Assembly: GCA_965219995.1 (NCBI GenBank)
Contig: CBDCOX010000002.1
Coordinates: forward strand, 1,152,001 to 1,216,000
Length of the DNA stretch: 64,000 nt
Origin: Candidatus Latescibacterota bacterium
GTDB taxonomy: Bacteria; Latescibacterota; UBA2968; GCA-2709665
Direction: 5' to 3'
In this document: piece after piece, positions 47,274 to 56,934 of the stretch
How the letters are laid out: each line of letters begins with the position of its first letter
Position numbering within the stretch: the first letter of the stretch is position 1
Notes under the pieces: model-generated
What the model saw: only the letters and a program-made list of their open reading frames with translations
Databases searched by the model: none
Told to the model about the DNA's origin: nothing
Made by a program: the position numbers and the translations under genes

Positions 47274-49352
47274 TTATAATGAGACCGCGAGACTACTGAC
47301 GGGACCCTTTACGCCGGCGCTGTTGACGGATCGCACCCGCAGGGTGTTCAGCCCAATGTGCAGACGCCAGTCGAAGGCCTCCAAGCACGGTTTCCATTCA
47401 TCCCGGTCCACGCTGGACAGAAAACCCGAGAAACAGGGTGTCTGCGTCTCCAGGCTGACCCTCAGCAAGGCCGCGTTCCGCGTCGTCTCCACCGTGTACC
47501 GGGTCTGGTTCATCGACGGATAGAAGTCCGATCGCCGGTTCGTGTGACGCGAGAAGTGCGGCAGCGGCGGCACGATGTCATCTGCCCAGTTGAGATATCC
47601 GTCCCACGCCCAGACCTCCGTGCCCTGACTCACCGGAAGCGGCCGCGGCTGACTGAACACGTTGCTGCGCGGGATCATCCGGAAGTGGCAGAAGGACCGG
47701 AACAGAAAGTGCGCTCCTTCGGTTGTGGAAAACTCGTGGCGGCCTTCCCGTATCCCGATCGGCAGGTCACGGACGAGTGAATCCAGGTCCTGCCGGAACA
47801 GATACGGACAATCCCAGCGTTCGACGTCCTCGAGCCGGTCCACGAGGACCCGGTGCACCTCGAGCGTATCCAGCGGCACACGCGTTTCCGGATCGTACCA
47901 GTAGAAATCCCGAGTGGCGTCCAGATGGACCCACTTGCCATAATCGTTCGACCAGACCTCCGCAATCTCGTGCCCGGTCATGCCTTCGCTGTGAAAGTTC
48001 ACGTGACGCGCGGGAAAGCCGAAGCTCAGGCACGCGGCCACGAGCGCCACGTTCGGATACAGACACATCTTGTCGCGCCGGCGTTCCCTGTATCGATTCA
48101 TTGAAATCGCGCCCGATTCGTCCCGCTCGAGCACCAGCCAATCCAACACGTTCCAGGGAAAGTGCCGGCACGCGCCCAGCGGAACGGCATACGCCCACGC
48201 CATCAGGCGCTCGATGGCTTCGAATTCAGTCTGCGCCCCGGAGACAACGGCGTCCAGTTCAAACCGTTCTCGCAGTTGCCGCAACGTGTCGTGCCCGTAG
48301 TCTTCATCCGCGCGCCAGAACGAAGACCGTCTGATGACCGGGTTCTCCGCATTGACGATTCGCGGACGCGGCGCACCGTCAGGGCGCACCTCCGCCTGAA
48401 CCCGAATCGTTCTCAGAACAGGAGTGCGCGCCGGATCCGACGTCTGAAGCCGCATGCGCCATTGGAGGTAACGTCCCTGCAGGCGCGTTACCGGCGACCC
48501 GCGTTTACATGATTGCCATTCGCTCCAGCCCTCCCCGTTCACAACCGGGCCGGCCCCCGTGCGCACCTCACAGCCGACAGCAGTTCCACCCGGGACGTCC
48601 GCGTCCCAGTCCAAATGCAATTCACGAATGGATTGGCGCCGCTTCACGCCGTCGCGTTCGCCCGCGGCATCGATGACCGGCGACACGACAACCCCTTCCT
48701 CGCGATAACCGTCCACGATCAGCCGGATCACGTATTCGCCGCGTTCTGGCTCCCAATCGCCGTTTCGACGCACAAAACTCGACGCGGGCAAAACGACCGG
48801 GTCCGCCATTCCCTTTTCGAAGTCCCGGTAATCCGCCACCGTCAGGCTCCATCCCACCCTCCCGCCCGCCACGTCGACAGCCAGATGGTTTTCACCCTGC
48901 CGCAGACATCCCGGCGGAAGTTCCACGTAATACCAGCGGCTCCAGCTCCACGCGCCTTCATCGGACGCCAACTCCCAGTACTGCCGGGCGTCGGGGGTCG
49001 CCAGCGGGGACGGCGGCCGCAGCACCTCCCGTCCGTTGACGTTGAATCGCAATGTGGCCGAATGGCCCCGCCTCTCCCTTGCGATAAAGGCGACCTGTGC
49101 CTTCCCGGGAGGACGCTGCGCCAACGTCAGTGTCTTCTTCAGCGCCGCGCGGCCCGATAATGCCAGGAACGGGTCCTCGTCCCGGTCGTCCGACCTTCCG
49201 GCGCCGGGGCTGTCGTTCTCCGCCACCGAACCTCTGAAGAGGCGGATCCCGTCTTCTTCTTCCCCCATCCAGAGATCCGTAACGTCCGAGCCACTGTAGA
49301 TCTCTCGCGCGGGAAAGCGGGTCTCGATCCGCCTGTATCCCTCTTCAGCCAT
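47274..49352 (-). CDS. transglutaminase-like domain protein with N-terminal beta-sandwich domains
   Basis: Cys-His-Asp triad pattern MCLYPN...GFPARHV...GHEIAEVWSNDYGKWVHLDAT. Confidence 0.8.
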   Translation of the reverse strand: MAEEGYRRIETRFPAREIYSGSDVTDLWMGEEEDGIRLFRGSVAENDSPGAGRSDDRDEDPFLALSGRAALKKTLTLAQRPPGKAQVAFIARERRGHSATLRFNVNGREVLRPPSPLATPDARQYWELASDEGAWSWSRWYYVELPPGCLRQGENHLAVDVAGGRVGWSLTVADYRDFEKGMADPVVLPASSFVRRNGDWEPERGEYVIRLIVDGYREEGVVVSPVIDAAGERDGVKRRQSIRELHLDWDADVPGGTAVGCEVRTGAGPVVNGEGWSEWQSCKRGSPVTRLQGRYLQWRMRLQTSDPARTPVLRTIRVQAEVRPDGAPRPRIVNAENPVIRRSSFWRADEDYGHDTLRQLRERFELDAVVSGAQTEFEAIERLMAWAYAVPLGACRHFPWNVLDWLVLERDESGAISMNRYRERRRDKMCLYPNVALVAACLSFGFPARHVNFHSEGMTGHEIAEVWSNDYGKWVHLDATRDFYWYDPETRVPLDTLEVHRVLVDRLEDVERWDCPYLFRQDLDSLVRDLPIGIREGRHEFSTTEGAHFLFRSFCHFRMIPRSNVFSQPRPLPVSQGTEVWAWDGYLNWADDIVPPLPHFSRHTNRRSDFYPSMNQTRYTVETTRNAALLRVSLETQTPCFSGFLSSVDRDEWKPCLEAFDWRLHIGLNTLRVRSVNSAGVKGPVSSLAVSL

Positions 49353-49422
49353 CTTCGGACCTCTGCCGATTCGCAGGTTCGCTGCGGGCGGCGTACCGTA
49401 TGCGGGGTGGACAAAACCCCGT

Positions 49423-50661
49423 CTACTTCAGGTAGGCGGCTTCCACTTTCTCCAGAGCGGCCACAATGTCGGACACTTCCCGTTCCCCGTAGTTCTCGTG
49501 GACGGGCATCGTAAAGTGGCTTTCCGCGGCCTTAACCGCGTTGGGGCACGGGAAGGTGGCATTGCGGTCGCCCTTGTAGTCCGGGAGCCCCCAGGGATAG
49601 TCGGTGTTTCCGAAAACCCTGCGTTCCCTGAACCATGTCGCCTCGGACGGGATATGCCTGTAGGACACCGACCCGGGAGTGCCTTCAGCGGCCAGCGCCC
49701 GGACGAAACCCGCCTTGTCCACGTTCAGCTTCGCCGTATCCAGGTGGAACCGGAGAAACCAGTACACACATTCCGTGCCCTGTACCTGCCTGCCCATGGA
49801 GACGGCCTTCAGATGTTCGATACCGTCGCGTATCGCATCTCCCACCTTTCGCCGGTTGTCCGCAATCTCCCCCAGGCGTCGCAACTGGACACGGCCGATG
49901 GCCGCCGCCAGATCGCTCCCGTTCATATTCAGGCTCGCCCTCACGTTGGAAAGCCCGCTGCCCTCCAGATTATACGGTTTGCCCCGATCCGAGAAGCGCT
50001 TCACCCGCCAATAGAGATCGTGGTCCCTGGCGAAGATGACTCCGCCCTGGGAACCGGTGGCGTGATGCTTTCCGCTCATCGTCGAAAACGTCCCCATCGT
50101 CCCCATGCTGCCTACGAGTCTTCCCCTGTATCTGGCGCCGTGGGCCTGCGCGCAGTCTTCGATCACGGGCAGCCCGCGCGAATCGGCCAGCTCCAGAATC
50201 GGGTCCATGTCGGCCGGTTCGCCGGCGATATGCGCCACGATGATCGCTCGCGAATGCTCCGTCAGCACGGCTTCGATCTGTGCCGCCCCGGCGTTGAACG
50301 TTCCCGGGGCGGCATCCGCCACCACCGGAACCAGGTTCAGCAGCGCCACGGGCATCACGCCGCCGGGATCCGTGATCGGAGGCACCACGACCTCCCCCGG
50401 GACCTCCGGTTCGAGGCCCCCGAGCGCCGCGTAGAGAGAGGTGGTGCCCGAGTTCACGAGATCGGCGTATCCACCGCCCATGAAATCCGCGAAGTCGCGT
50501 TCATACGCCCTCTCCTCCGGGCCGTCGTACCCGAACGCGTTGCCCGACCGGATACTCTCGTCGAAGAGCGCCATCACGGCCTGCTTCTCTTCCTCACCGA
50601 AAAGGCGCCGCGCGGGCATCGGCGCATTACGGACCTTCTCACCGCCATCGATCGCCAGCAT
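49423..50661 (-). CDS. DegT/DnrJ/EryC1/StrS family PLP aminotransferase
   Basis: LAIDGG, NSGTTSL, IEDCAQAHGA, FSTMSGKHH (PLP lysine). Confidence 0.9.
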   Translation of the reverse strand: MLAIDGGEKVRNAPMPARRLFGEEEKQAVMALFDESIRSGNAFGYDGPEERAYERDFADFMGGGYADLVNSGTTSLYAALGGLEPEVPGEVVVPPITDPGGVMPVALLNLVPVVADAAPGTFNAGAAQIEAVLTEHSRAIIVAHIAGEPADMDPILELADSRGLPVIEDCAQAHGARYRGRLVGSMGTMGTFSTMSGKHHATGSQGGVIFARDHDLYWRVKRFSDRGKPYNLEGSGLSNVRASLNMNGSDLAAAIGRVQLRRLGEIADNRRKVGDAIRDGIEHLKAVSMGRQVQGTECVYWFLRFHLDTAKLNVDKAGFVRALAAEGTPGSVSYRHIPSEATWFRERRVFGNTDYPWGLPDYKGDRNATFPCPNAVKAAESHFTMPVHENYGEREVSDIVAALEKVEAAYLK

Positions 50662-50683
50662 ACCAGTTGCCTCCTGAAGGTTG

Positions 50684-51583
50684 TTATGATACAGCTCCGG
50701 CAAAGGCGCGCCACAATGCATCGATGCCCTTGCCCATTGTCCGCTCATCCGGAAAACAGCGATAGACCAATCGTGTGTGCGCCACCATCTCGACGCCGGC
50801 CGCGAGATCGCGGCCGTAACACCAGTCGTGTGCGGTATCCCATCCGTGGTACTGTCCCGTCAGATAGGTCGTGTGGACGGGGTCGCACAGGAAGACCAGC
50901 GTGAACCCGTTGGAAGAGTTCCGCGCGGCAAGTACGGGCTGGCTGAAGTCCCTGTCTTCCAGGTCCCGATGCATTCCCCTGGCCGGGTCACCGTACCGTC
51001 CGTCCCGAAGCATTTCACGGGATCGGCCGTCTCTGACGATGCCGAACGTCCGGTTGATTTCCGCGCGGTTGGCGAGCCTTGTCCAGTTTCGAGTCCCGTC
51101 GGCATTGTCCAAAGACACCCAGGTCTCATCAAAATCTTCGACAATGTAAGAAGCGAAGAAAACCTCGAAGCGCCGAATATCCACCGACGGCCGGATGATC
51201 ATCTTCAGGTCCACCCCGTCGCCGTGCGGCAGGTAGACGAGATCCATCGCCAACCGGAAATCCGGCTCCACCGGGAAATGGATGGCCACCCCGTCTTCTG
51301 TCAATTCGTGCGCCACCTGCCTCGCCAGAGAGATCCGCCTGGGGTACATGACCATGCCCCAACCGGGCTTCAGATAATATTCCGCATTCAGGAATGCCTT
51401 ATTGTGCCGGACCACCCCGACCCTGTAGTCCCGGTGCATCAAACCGCAGACGCCGTGGTAATTCATGAACGGCTGAATACCGCCCATAATCTCGCCGGTA
51501 TCGAACTCGTAGCACTGAGACAGGGTGCTCCAGGCAATCTGCACAACCGTCCTCCGGGAAAACCGCGTTTCGTCCCGGTACAC
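50684..51583 (-). CDS. hypothetical protein, beta-rich (possibly mutarotase-like supersandwich)
   Basis: 299-aa ORF with protein-like composition, 22 bp upstream of the DegT gene; no motif recognised. Confidence 0.6.
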   Translation of the reverse strand: MYRDETRFSRRTVVQIAWSTLSQCYEFDTGEIMGGIQPFMNYHGVCGLMHRDYRVGVVRHNKAFLNAEYYLKPGWGMVMYPRRISLARQVAHELTEDGVAIHFPVEPDFRLAMDLVYLPHGDGVDLKMIIRPSVDIRRFEVFFASYIVEDFDETWVSLDNADGTRNWTRLANRAEINRTFGIVRDGRSREMLRDGRYGDPARGMHRDLEDRDFSQPVLAARNSSNGFTLVFLCDPVHTTYLTGQYHGWDTAHDWCYGRDLAAGVEMVAHTRLVYRCFPDERTMGKGIDALWRAFAGAVS

Positions 51584-51762
51584 GCGGAAAAACCGGCGTC
51601 CGCAATCGGGTCCCGTCCCCGGGCGCCGTTCGACCGCAAGATAATACTCTGGGGGGTCAACGCAACCGGATTCTGGACGCGAAAAAAGCGCGAGAATGGG
51701 ATTCCCGCGCCAGTTCGAGGTTGAAATTCACCGATGGCGTCACAGGCCGTCTGTCTGCAAAC

Positions 51763-52467
51763 TCAGTTTCCGCCGGCTTCCTCTTTCGTTTTCGCCGTAT
51801 CCGCCGCAACGTCCATATCCAGCATGAGCGGACCCGACGTATCCCGCTTCGCATCGATCAGCAGCGGAGAAGCCGGTGGCGCTGCGACGGGATGGGCAGC
51901 CGCGCCCACGTCGATATCCGGACCCGTCGTGTCCGCCCCTGCCGGCTCAGGCTTCCGGCCCCAGAAGTCGGGCGTCGCATTCAGATAATAGGTGATATTG
52001 TTATCGGTCAGATAGACCGCTTTTCCGGACCCCTGACGAACATAATTCTTGCTCCAGTCTCTCTTCGACTGGCCGAACACGAATGCGGCCAGTTCCGTGC
52101 CCCCGGCGTCCCTGACGGACAGCCGGATGCCGGCTGAGTCGTCCACGGAATACACGGTCCACCGTTCCGGGCTCCGGGTCATCAGGGTCGTGCGCTCGAC
52201 GTTCAACACCCTGTCGAACAGGTTGTCAATCGGCGCTTCGCGCACCTCCAGGGAATCGTGACCAACGAGACGCCAGACGTCGCCGTCCAGGCGCAACTCG
52301 ACACGCTCGCCGCCGCGTTCGATCACGACCTGCTGAACGCTGTCACGGCTTCCCTCAAAGATCGGAATTCCCGAAGCCGTATGTCCGGTCTTGGAAAACT
52401 GGACGTAGGCGACACCCGCGGCCAGCGCCAGAATCACAATCAGCCATACCCTCGCCCGCTTAGCCAT
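51763..52467 (-). CDS. DUF4340-like protein
   Basis: N-terminal TM anchor, NYVR...VYL motif; last gene of a GldA/F/G operon. Confidence 0.72.
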   Translation of the reverse strand: MAKRARVWLIVILALAAGVAYVQFSKTGHTASGIPIFEGSRDSVQQVVIERGGERVELRLDGDVWRLVGHDSLEVREAPIDNLFDRVLNVERTTLMTRSPERWTVYSVDDSAGIRLSVRDAGGTELAAFVFGQSKRDWSKNYVRQGSGKAVYLTDNNITYYLNATPDFWGRKPEPAGADTTGPDIDVGAAAHPVAAPPASPLLIDAKRDTSGPLMLDMDVAADTAKTKEEAGGN

Positions 52468-53962
52468 ATTGCTCCTCCAACATTCTTGCGCGCCCGGCCT
52501 CCCGACGCCACCGCAGCAGACCGTACGCAACGATCAGAACCGGCGGCAGCAATACATTCAGCCACTTCCAGCGCGCCTTTTCGGCGTCGTCGAGTTCCGC
52601 CAGAGGACGGGTCGTTATCTCCCGGGAGCGGAGCGCCACCAGATCGCTGTCGCCCATCAGAAAGTCGACGACATTGGCAATAAAGATGAAATTCTCCTGA
52701 AAAGTGCCGCCCGATTCGTCTTCGAACAGACCGGAATCGCCCACCACAACCACCTGGCTCATTCCCTGCGGACCTTCCTGTCGTGCCAGCGCGCCCACCA
52801 CTTTGCCCGGCTGATTGAGCGTGTTGAAGAACGGGTTTTCCATAGGCCGCAGATTGAAGAATCCTGTCATCACGCCGGACCGGTCGGACGTGTACATCAA
52901 CGGCATGGTCTGCGCGGCGCCGGCAGCCGAATCCGCCAGCGCGATCTCGCTGCTGAACAGCAGGCGCACCTGTTCGAGTCCATCCACCGTCAGGTGCTCG
53001 CCGAAGCGGTGTACCACCGGGAAAAACGGGTACTGTATCTGCGAACTCATCTGCAGGAATCCGTGGCGCTGACTGATCGTGATCGCGCTGCATCGCTGGT
53101 CCAGCACCAGGTTTTCCTTCACCTGCAGGCCCAGTGATTCCAGAAAACCGAACAGATTCGACTGTACAGGCGTGCCGCGCTGCCCGTTCAGGTCGCCCGT
53201 GACCCGACCCTGACCGATAAACAGATTGCCGCCCCTGTGCGTGAATGCCTCGAGGTTCTCGAGCTCGGCCTCGCTCAACGAGTCCGTCACCCCGCTGATC
53301 ATCAGCAGGCCGATGTCGTCAGGCACCGGCGAGGCCAGTCTGATGGTCCGGACGAGGTACGACTGCTGGAGCACGGCGGAAATATTCCGCACCGCCGGCG
53401 GCTGGTCGCCGATGATCGCGAATGCGACTGCCTGTTTTTCCGTATCGATGAGCTTTTTGATCTGCGTGGTGATTTCGTACTCCAGACCGGTCGTGCTCTC
53501 GATCACCGGGATCACCTCGCGTCCGTCTCCATAGAGGAAGACCATCCCCATGTAGACCCGCTTGACCTCCAGCTTGTCGTTTTCAACCACCTGCAGCTGC
53601 ACGGGCTGGATCCCGTATTTCCGCGCTTCCTCCGCGAGCGTCTGGTCGTCTTCGGGCCGGAAAAACTCGAACCTCACGCGGCCGCCGCCGAACGCTTCGT
53701 ACTCTTCGAGGATATCCTGCAGGTAGCGCCGGTTGTTTCCGTACTGGCCGGGAAGATTGTCCGTAAAGTAGACTTTCATCGTCAGCAGATCTTCCACCTG
53801 GTCCACCACCCGCTTGCTGGAATCGGAAAGCGAATAGATCCCGTTCGCGGTCAGATCCAGCCGAAAGAACAGGTCTCTCGACACGAAGTTCAATGCCGCG
53901 ACGATGACGACCGCCAGGAGCAGATAGATGGTGAACGAACGTCTATTGTGAACCGCAAACAT
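52460..53962 (-). CDS. GldG-family ABC auxiliary protein
   Basis: RLDLTANGIYSLS, LEYEIT, FIANVVDFL; two TM anchors. Confidence 0.85.
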   Translation of the reverse strand: MFAVHNRRSFTIYLLLAVVIVAALNFVSRDLFFRLDLTANGIYSLSDSSKRVVDQVEDLLTMKVYFTDNLPGQYGNNRRYLQDILEEYEAFGGGRVRFEFFRPEDDQTLAEEARKYGIQPVQLQVVENDKLEVKRVYMGMVFLYGDGREVIPVIESTTGLEYEITTQIKKLIDTEKQAVAFAIIGDQPPAVRNISAVLQQSYLVRTIRLASPVPDDIGLLMISGVTDSLSEAELENLEAFTHRGGNLFIGQGRVTGDLNGQRGTPVQSNLFGFLESLGLQVKENLVLDQRCSAITISQRHGFLQMSSQIQYPFFPVVHRFGEHLTVDGLEQVRLLFSSEIALADSAAGAAQTMPLMYTSDRSGVMTGFFNLRPMENPFFNTLNQPGKVVGALARQEGPQGMSQVVVVGDSGLFEDESGGTFQENFIFIANVVDFLMGDSDLVALRSREITTRPLAELDDAEKARWKWLNVLLPPVLIVAYGLLRWRREAGRARMLEEQYG

Positions 53963-53965
53963 CGA

Positions 53966-54679
53966 CTACCTCCACTTCCTCATCTCGAGAACCCGCAGGG
54001 TGAGCGCCAGAAACAACCAGATCATCCCCGCGAAATAGACAAGATTCCTCGAATCGATAACGCCGCGTGCAATGTTCGACAGGTGGAAGTCCACACTTAC
54101 GTATTGGGCAATCGTCGCCAGCCCGGCCGGTATGAAAAGCAGCAGCTTGTCGAGCAGGAAAAACACCATCACGATCGCGATCGCGATAATCAACGAAACC
54201 ACCTGGTTCTCCGTCAGGCTGCTTGCAAACGTGCCAACCGCCGCATAAAACGCGCCGACGAGGACGAGTCCGATATATCCGGTAATGACCGCGCCGACGT
54301 CGACGTGGGTCCCCACGGCAAGGAGCGTGAGAAAATGCACCAGCGTAAACAGCAGCCCCACCGCGATCAGGCTAACCGCCGCCAGGTATTTGCCCGTGAC
54401 GAATTCAACGTCCTGAATGGGCATGGTGGTCAGTACTTCCATGGTGCCCAGGTTCTTCTCCTTCGCGACCAGTCCCATCGAAATGGCCGGCACGAAGAAC
54501 AGGAAGACCAGCGGGACGATGTTGAAAAGGGCGCGCATATCTGACTGTCCGATAAGGAAGAACGTGCTCGTGAAGAAGTAACCGCTCAAAACCGCAAAGA
54601 TCACGAGAAATATATAGGCCATGGGGCTGTTGAAATAGGAACGGAGTTCCTTGAGATAGATCGCCTTCGTATTACGCAT
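53966..54679 (-). CDS. GldF-type ABC-2 permease
   Basis: KELRSYFNSPMAY, EKNLGTMEVL.T.P, TENQVVS, RGVIDSRNLVYF. Confidence 0.9.
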   Translation of the reverse strand: MRNTKAIYLKELRSYFNSPMAYIFLVIFAVLSGYFFTSTFFLIGQSDMRALFNIVPLVFLFFVPAISMGLVAKEKNLGTMEVLTTMPIQDVEFVTGKYLAAVSLIAVGLLFTLVHFLTLLAVGTHVDVGAVITGYIGLVLVGAFYAAVGTFASSLTENQVVSLIIAIAIVMVFFLLDKLLLFIPAGLATIAQYVSVDFHLSNIARGVIDSRNLVYFAGMIWLFLALTLRVLEMRKWR

Positions 54680-55616
54680 CGGACGCCCCCTCCGCGGTGA
54701 GATTTCTGAATACGTCCTCCAGTTGAACCCGGGCCTGGCTCATCTCCAGGATCACCCATCCATGATCTCTGGCATAGTGAAAAATGCGCTCCCTGGGATC
54801 CGTGTTGCGGTCGTATTCCAGAACGAGCGTTCGAGATCCGTTGTTTTCCGCCGCGCCGGAAAGCGCGACGCCCTCCAGTTGTTCGGGCAGCCGCTGCACG
54901 CTCTCGTCTTCCGCCTGTCTGACCTCCAGCGTCAACTGCGTCTGCCCCCTGAAGCTGGACATCAGCTCCTCCCGCAGTCCGTCCGCGACGATTTCACCAT
55001 TGTGAATGATGATGATGCGGTCCACCGTCGCTTCGATTTCCTGCAGGATGTGGCTGGACATGATCAGCGTCTTCTCGCGCCCGAGAGACCGGATCAGTTC
55101 CCGGATTTCCACAATCTGGTTGGGATCCAGCCCGGTAACGGGTTCGTCCAGAATCAGGATATCCGGATCATGCAGCATGGCCGTTGCCAGGCCGATCCGC
55201 TGTTTATACCCCTTGGAACACTCCTGCACCGCCCGGTGAACCACGCCGGCGAGACCGCACTGCTCGACAACGCGCTCCAATGCCTGCCGGAACGCCCGCC
55301 CCTCCATGCGTCGGATCGTCGCAATAAAGGAAAGCAGGTCGTAAACGATCATTTCGCCGTAGAGTGGATTCAGCTCCGGCAGGTACCCCACCCGCCTGCG
55401 GATCTCCAGGGAATCGTCCACGATGTTCATATCGTCCACGAATACGTCGCCGGCGGTTGCCGACAGGTAGCCGGTCATCACCTTCAGCGTGGTGGACTTG
55501 CCGGCCCCGTTCTCGCCCAGAAATCCCAGAATCTCTCCATCGTTAACCTGGAAGCTGATATCCCGAACGGCCCGGACATCACCGTAGTTCTTGACCAAGT
55601 TCTCCACCCGGATCAT
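54672..55616 (-). CDS. GldA-type ABC ATP-binding protein
   Basis: GENGAGKST, SKGYKQR, ILDEPVTGLDPNQ, SSHIL. Confidence 0.93.
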   Translation of the reverse strand: MIRVENLVKNYGDVRAVRDISFQVNDGEILGFLGENGAGKSTTLKVMTGYLSATAGDVFVDDMNIVDDSLEIRRRVGYLPELNPLYGEMIVYDLLSFIATIRRMEGRAFRQALERVVEQCGLAGVVHRAVQECSKGYKQRIGLATAMLHDPDILILDEPVTGLDPNQIVEIRELIRSLGREKTLIMSSHILQEIEATVDRIIIIHNGEIVADGLREELMSSFRGQTQLTLEVRQAEDESVQRLPEQLEGVALSGAAENNGSRTLVLEYDRNTDPRERIFHYARDHGWVILEMSQARVQLEDVFRNLTAEGASDA

Positions 55617-55884
55617 TCACGGTCCTCCATCAATCCATGGTGCTCGCGTAACTCCTGACGCATTCAAATTCGACCGGAAAATTAATAAAAAAAGCGGAAT
55701 CCTGTCAAGCCCCCGGCACAAAAAAGAGCACTTTCCCTCATCCACGGCCCGCAACGCCGGGATTCGGGGAGGGAGCGCAACGCCGGTTTTCGGTCACAAG
55801 GGCCGGACGCAGCCCGGATGGACTTTATCAACGGGCTGTCAGCCGAGAGCGCGGAAGCGGAATGGTGATAACGCCTGATTTTCC

Positions 55885-55913
55885 TTGACACGCTATTACA
55901 AATCCAGTATTTT
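55885..55913 (+). promoter_or_regulatory. sigma70-type promoter for the ilvN-leu operon
   Basis: TTGACA-17 bp-TATTTT. Confidence 0.65.
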
Positions 55914-55961
55914 TCGTGTTTTAAGATCAGGATGGATGGGTCCCTATCGGAGAGTGCGGCG

Positions 55962-56120
55962 ATGAATCCTCACCCTTTGCCCAGCGCACCGGCTGCCTGC
56001 GGCGCCTTCCCCTTACCGGTTCCGCGCCCTTCGCGCGCTGCTTTCGTCGCATGCACGGAAATCCTTATTCTCCCCGCGTCCTCCAGCCTCTTGTTGTCCG
56101 CCATCCTTCCGGACAATTGA
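55962..56120 (+). promoter_or_regulatory. candidate Ile/Leu-rich leader peptide (attenuator)
   Basis: 52-codon ORF ending EILILPASSSLLLSAILPDN*, GGAG upstream, located between the promoter and ilvN. Confidence 0.4.
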
Positions 56121-56247
56121 ACGAACACAAGAGGCTCTCTTCCACTTCGAATCACCTGAAAATTCAAAAAACGCCGATCCCGGAACGAGCCTCTCGGGCA
56201 ATCGCCAGGTCCTTGCCCTGTCATGACTTTGCCATGAGGAACGAACA

Positions 56248-56760
56248 ATGCCGATAAGACACACCATTTCCGCGCTGGTCGAAAACCACTTCGGCGTTCT
56301 GTGCCGCATTTCCGGCCTCTTTTCCAGCCGCGGTTTCAACATCGACAGCCTTTCGGTCGGAGAAACCGAAGATCCCACCATATCCCGCATGACCATTGTC
56401 GTGAGGGGCGACGACCGCGTGCTGGAGCAGGTGGTCAAACAGCTCAATCGGCTCGTAGACGTCATCCGGGTCATCGACATCACCCAGGGTGAATTCGTCG
56501 AGCGCGAACTGGCGCTCATTAACGTAAAGACCCGAATCGACACGCGATCCGAAATCATCCAGATCGCGGAAATCTTCAGGGCAGGCGTCGTGGATGTCAG
56601 CACCAACTCGATGACCATCGAAGTCACCGGGAAAGAGGACAAAATCGCGGCGATGATCAACATGCTGCGCGACTACGGGATCAATGAAATTGCCAGGACG
56701 GGCACGGTCGCACTGCTGCGGGACTCCCAGATGAAGGAAGACGCAGAAGTGGACAAGTAA
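56248..56760 (+). CDS. ilvN: acetolactate synthase small (regulatory) subunit
   Basis: [48 protein letters not shown]. Confidence 0.95.
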   Translation: MPIRHTISALVENHFGVLCRISGLFSSRGFNIDSLSVGETEDPTISRMTIVVRGDDRVLEQVVKQLNRLVDVIRVIDITQGEFVERELALINVKTRIDTRSEIIQIAEIFRAGVVDVSTNSMTIEVTGKEDKIAAMINMLRDYGINEIARTGTVALLRDSQMKEDAEVDK

Positions 56761-56934
56761 CAGTGCATACCGTGAAGCGGGCAGAACCCGACAGAGCAGA
56801 CGACGGACCGAATTCACCTCTCAACTCGATGCGGAAGCCTGCAGAACCTGCCCGCATTTTACGGCGGGCCCGCAGTCGGGCGGGTTTCTGTACCGCCGGT
56901 TGCCTGATCCGGTCGAAGGAGGCGAAAACTCCCC

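Noticed and set aside
51763-55616. Gliding motility inferred from gldA/F/G-like genes
   Set aside because: This ABC module is widespread in non-gliding bacteria, and no motor genes are in the window.
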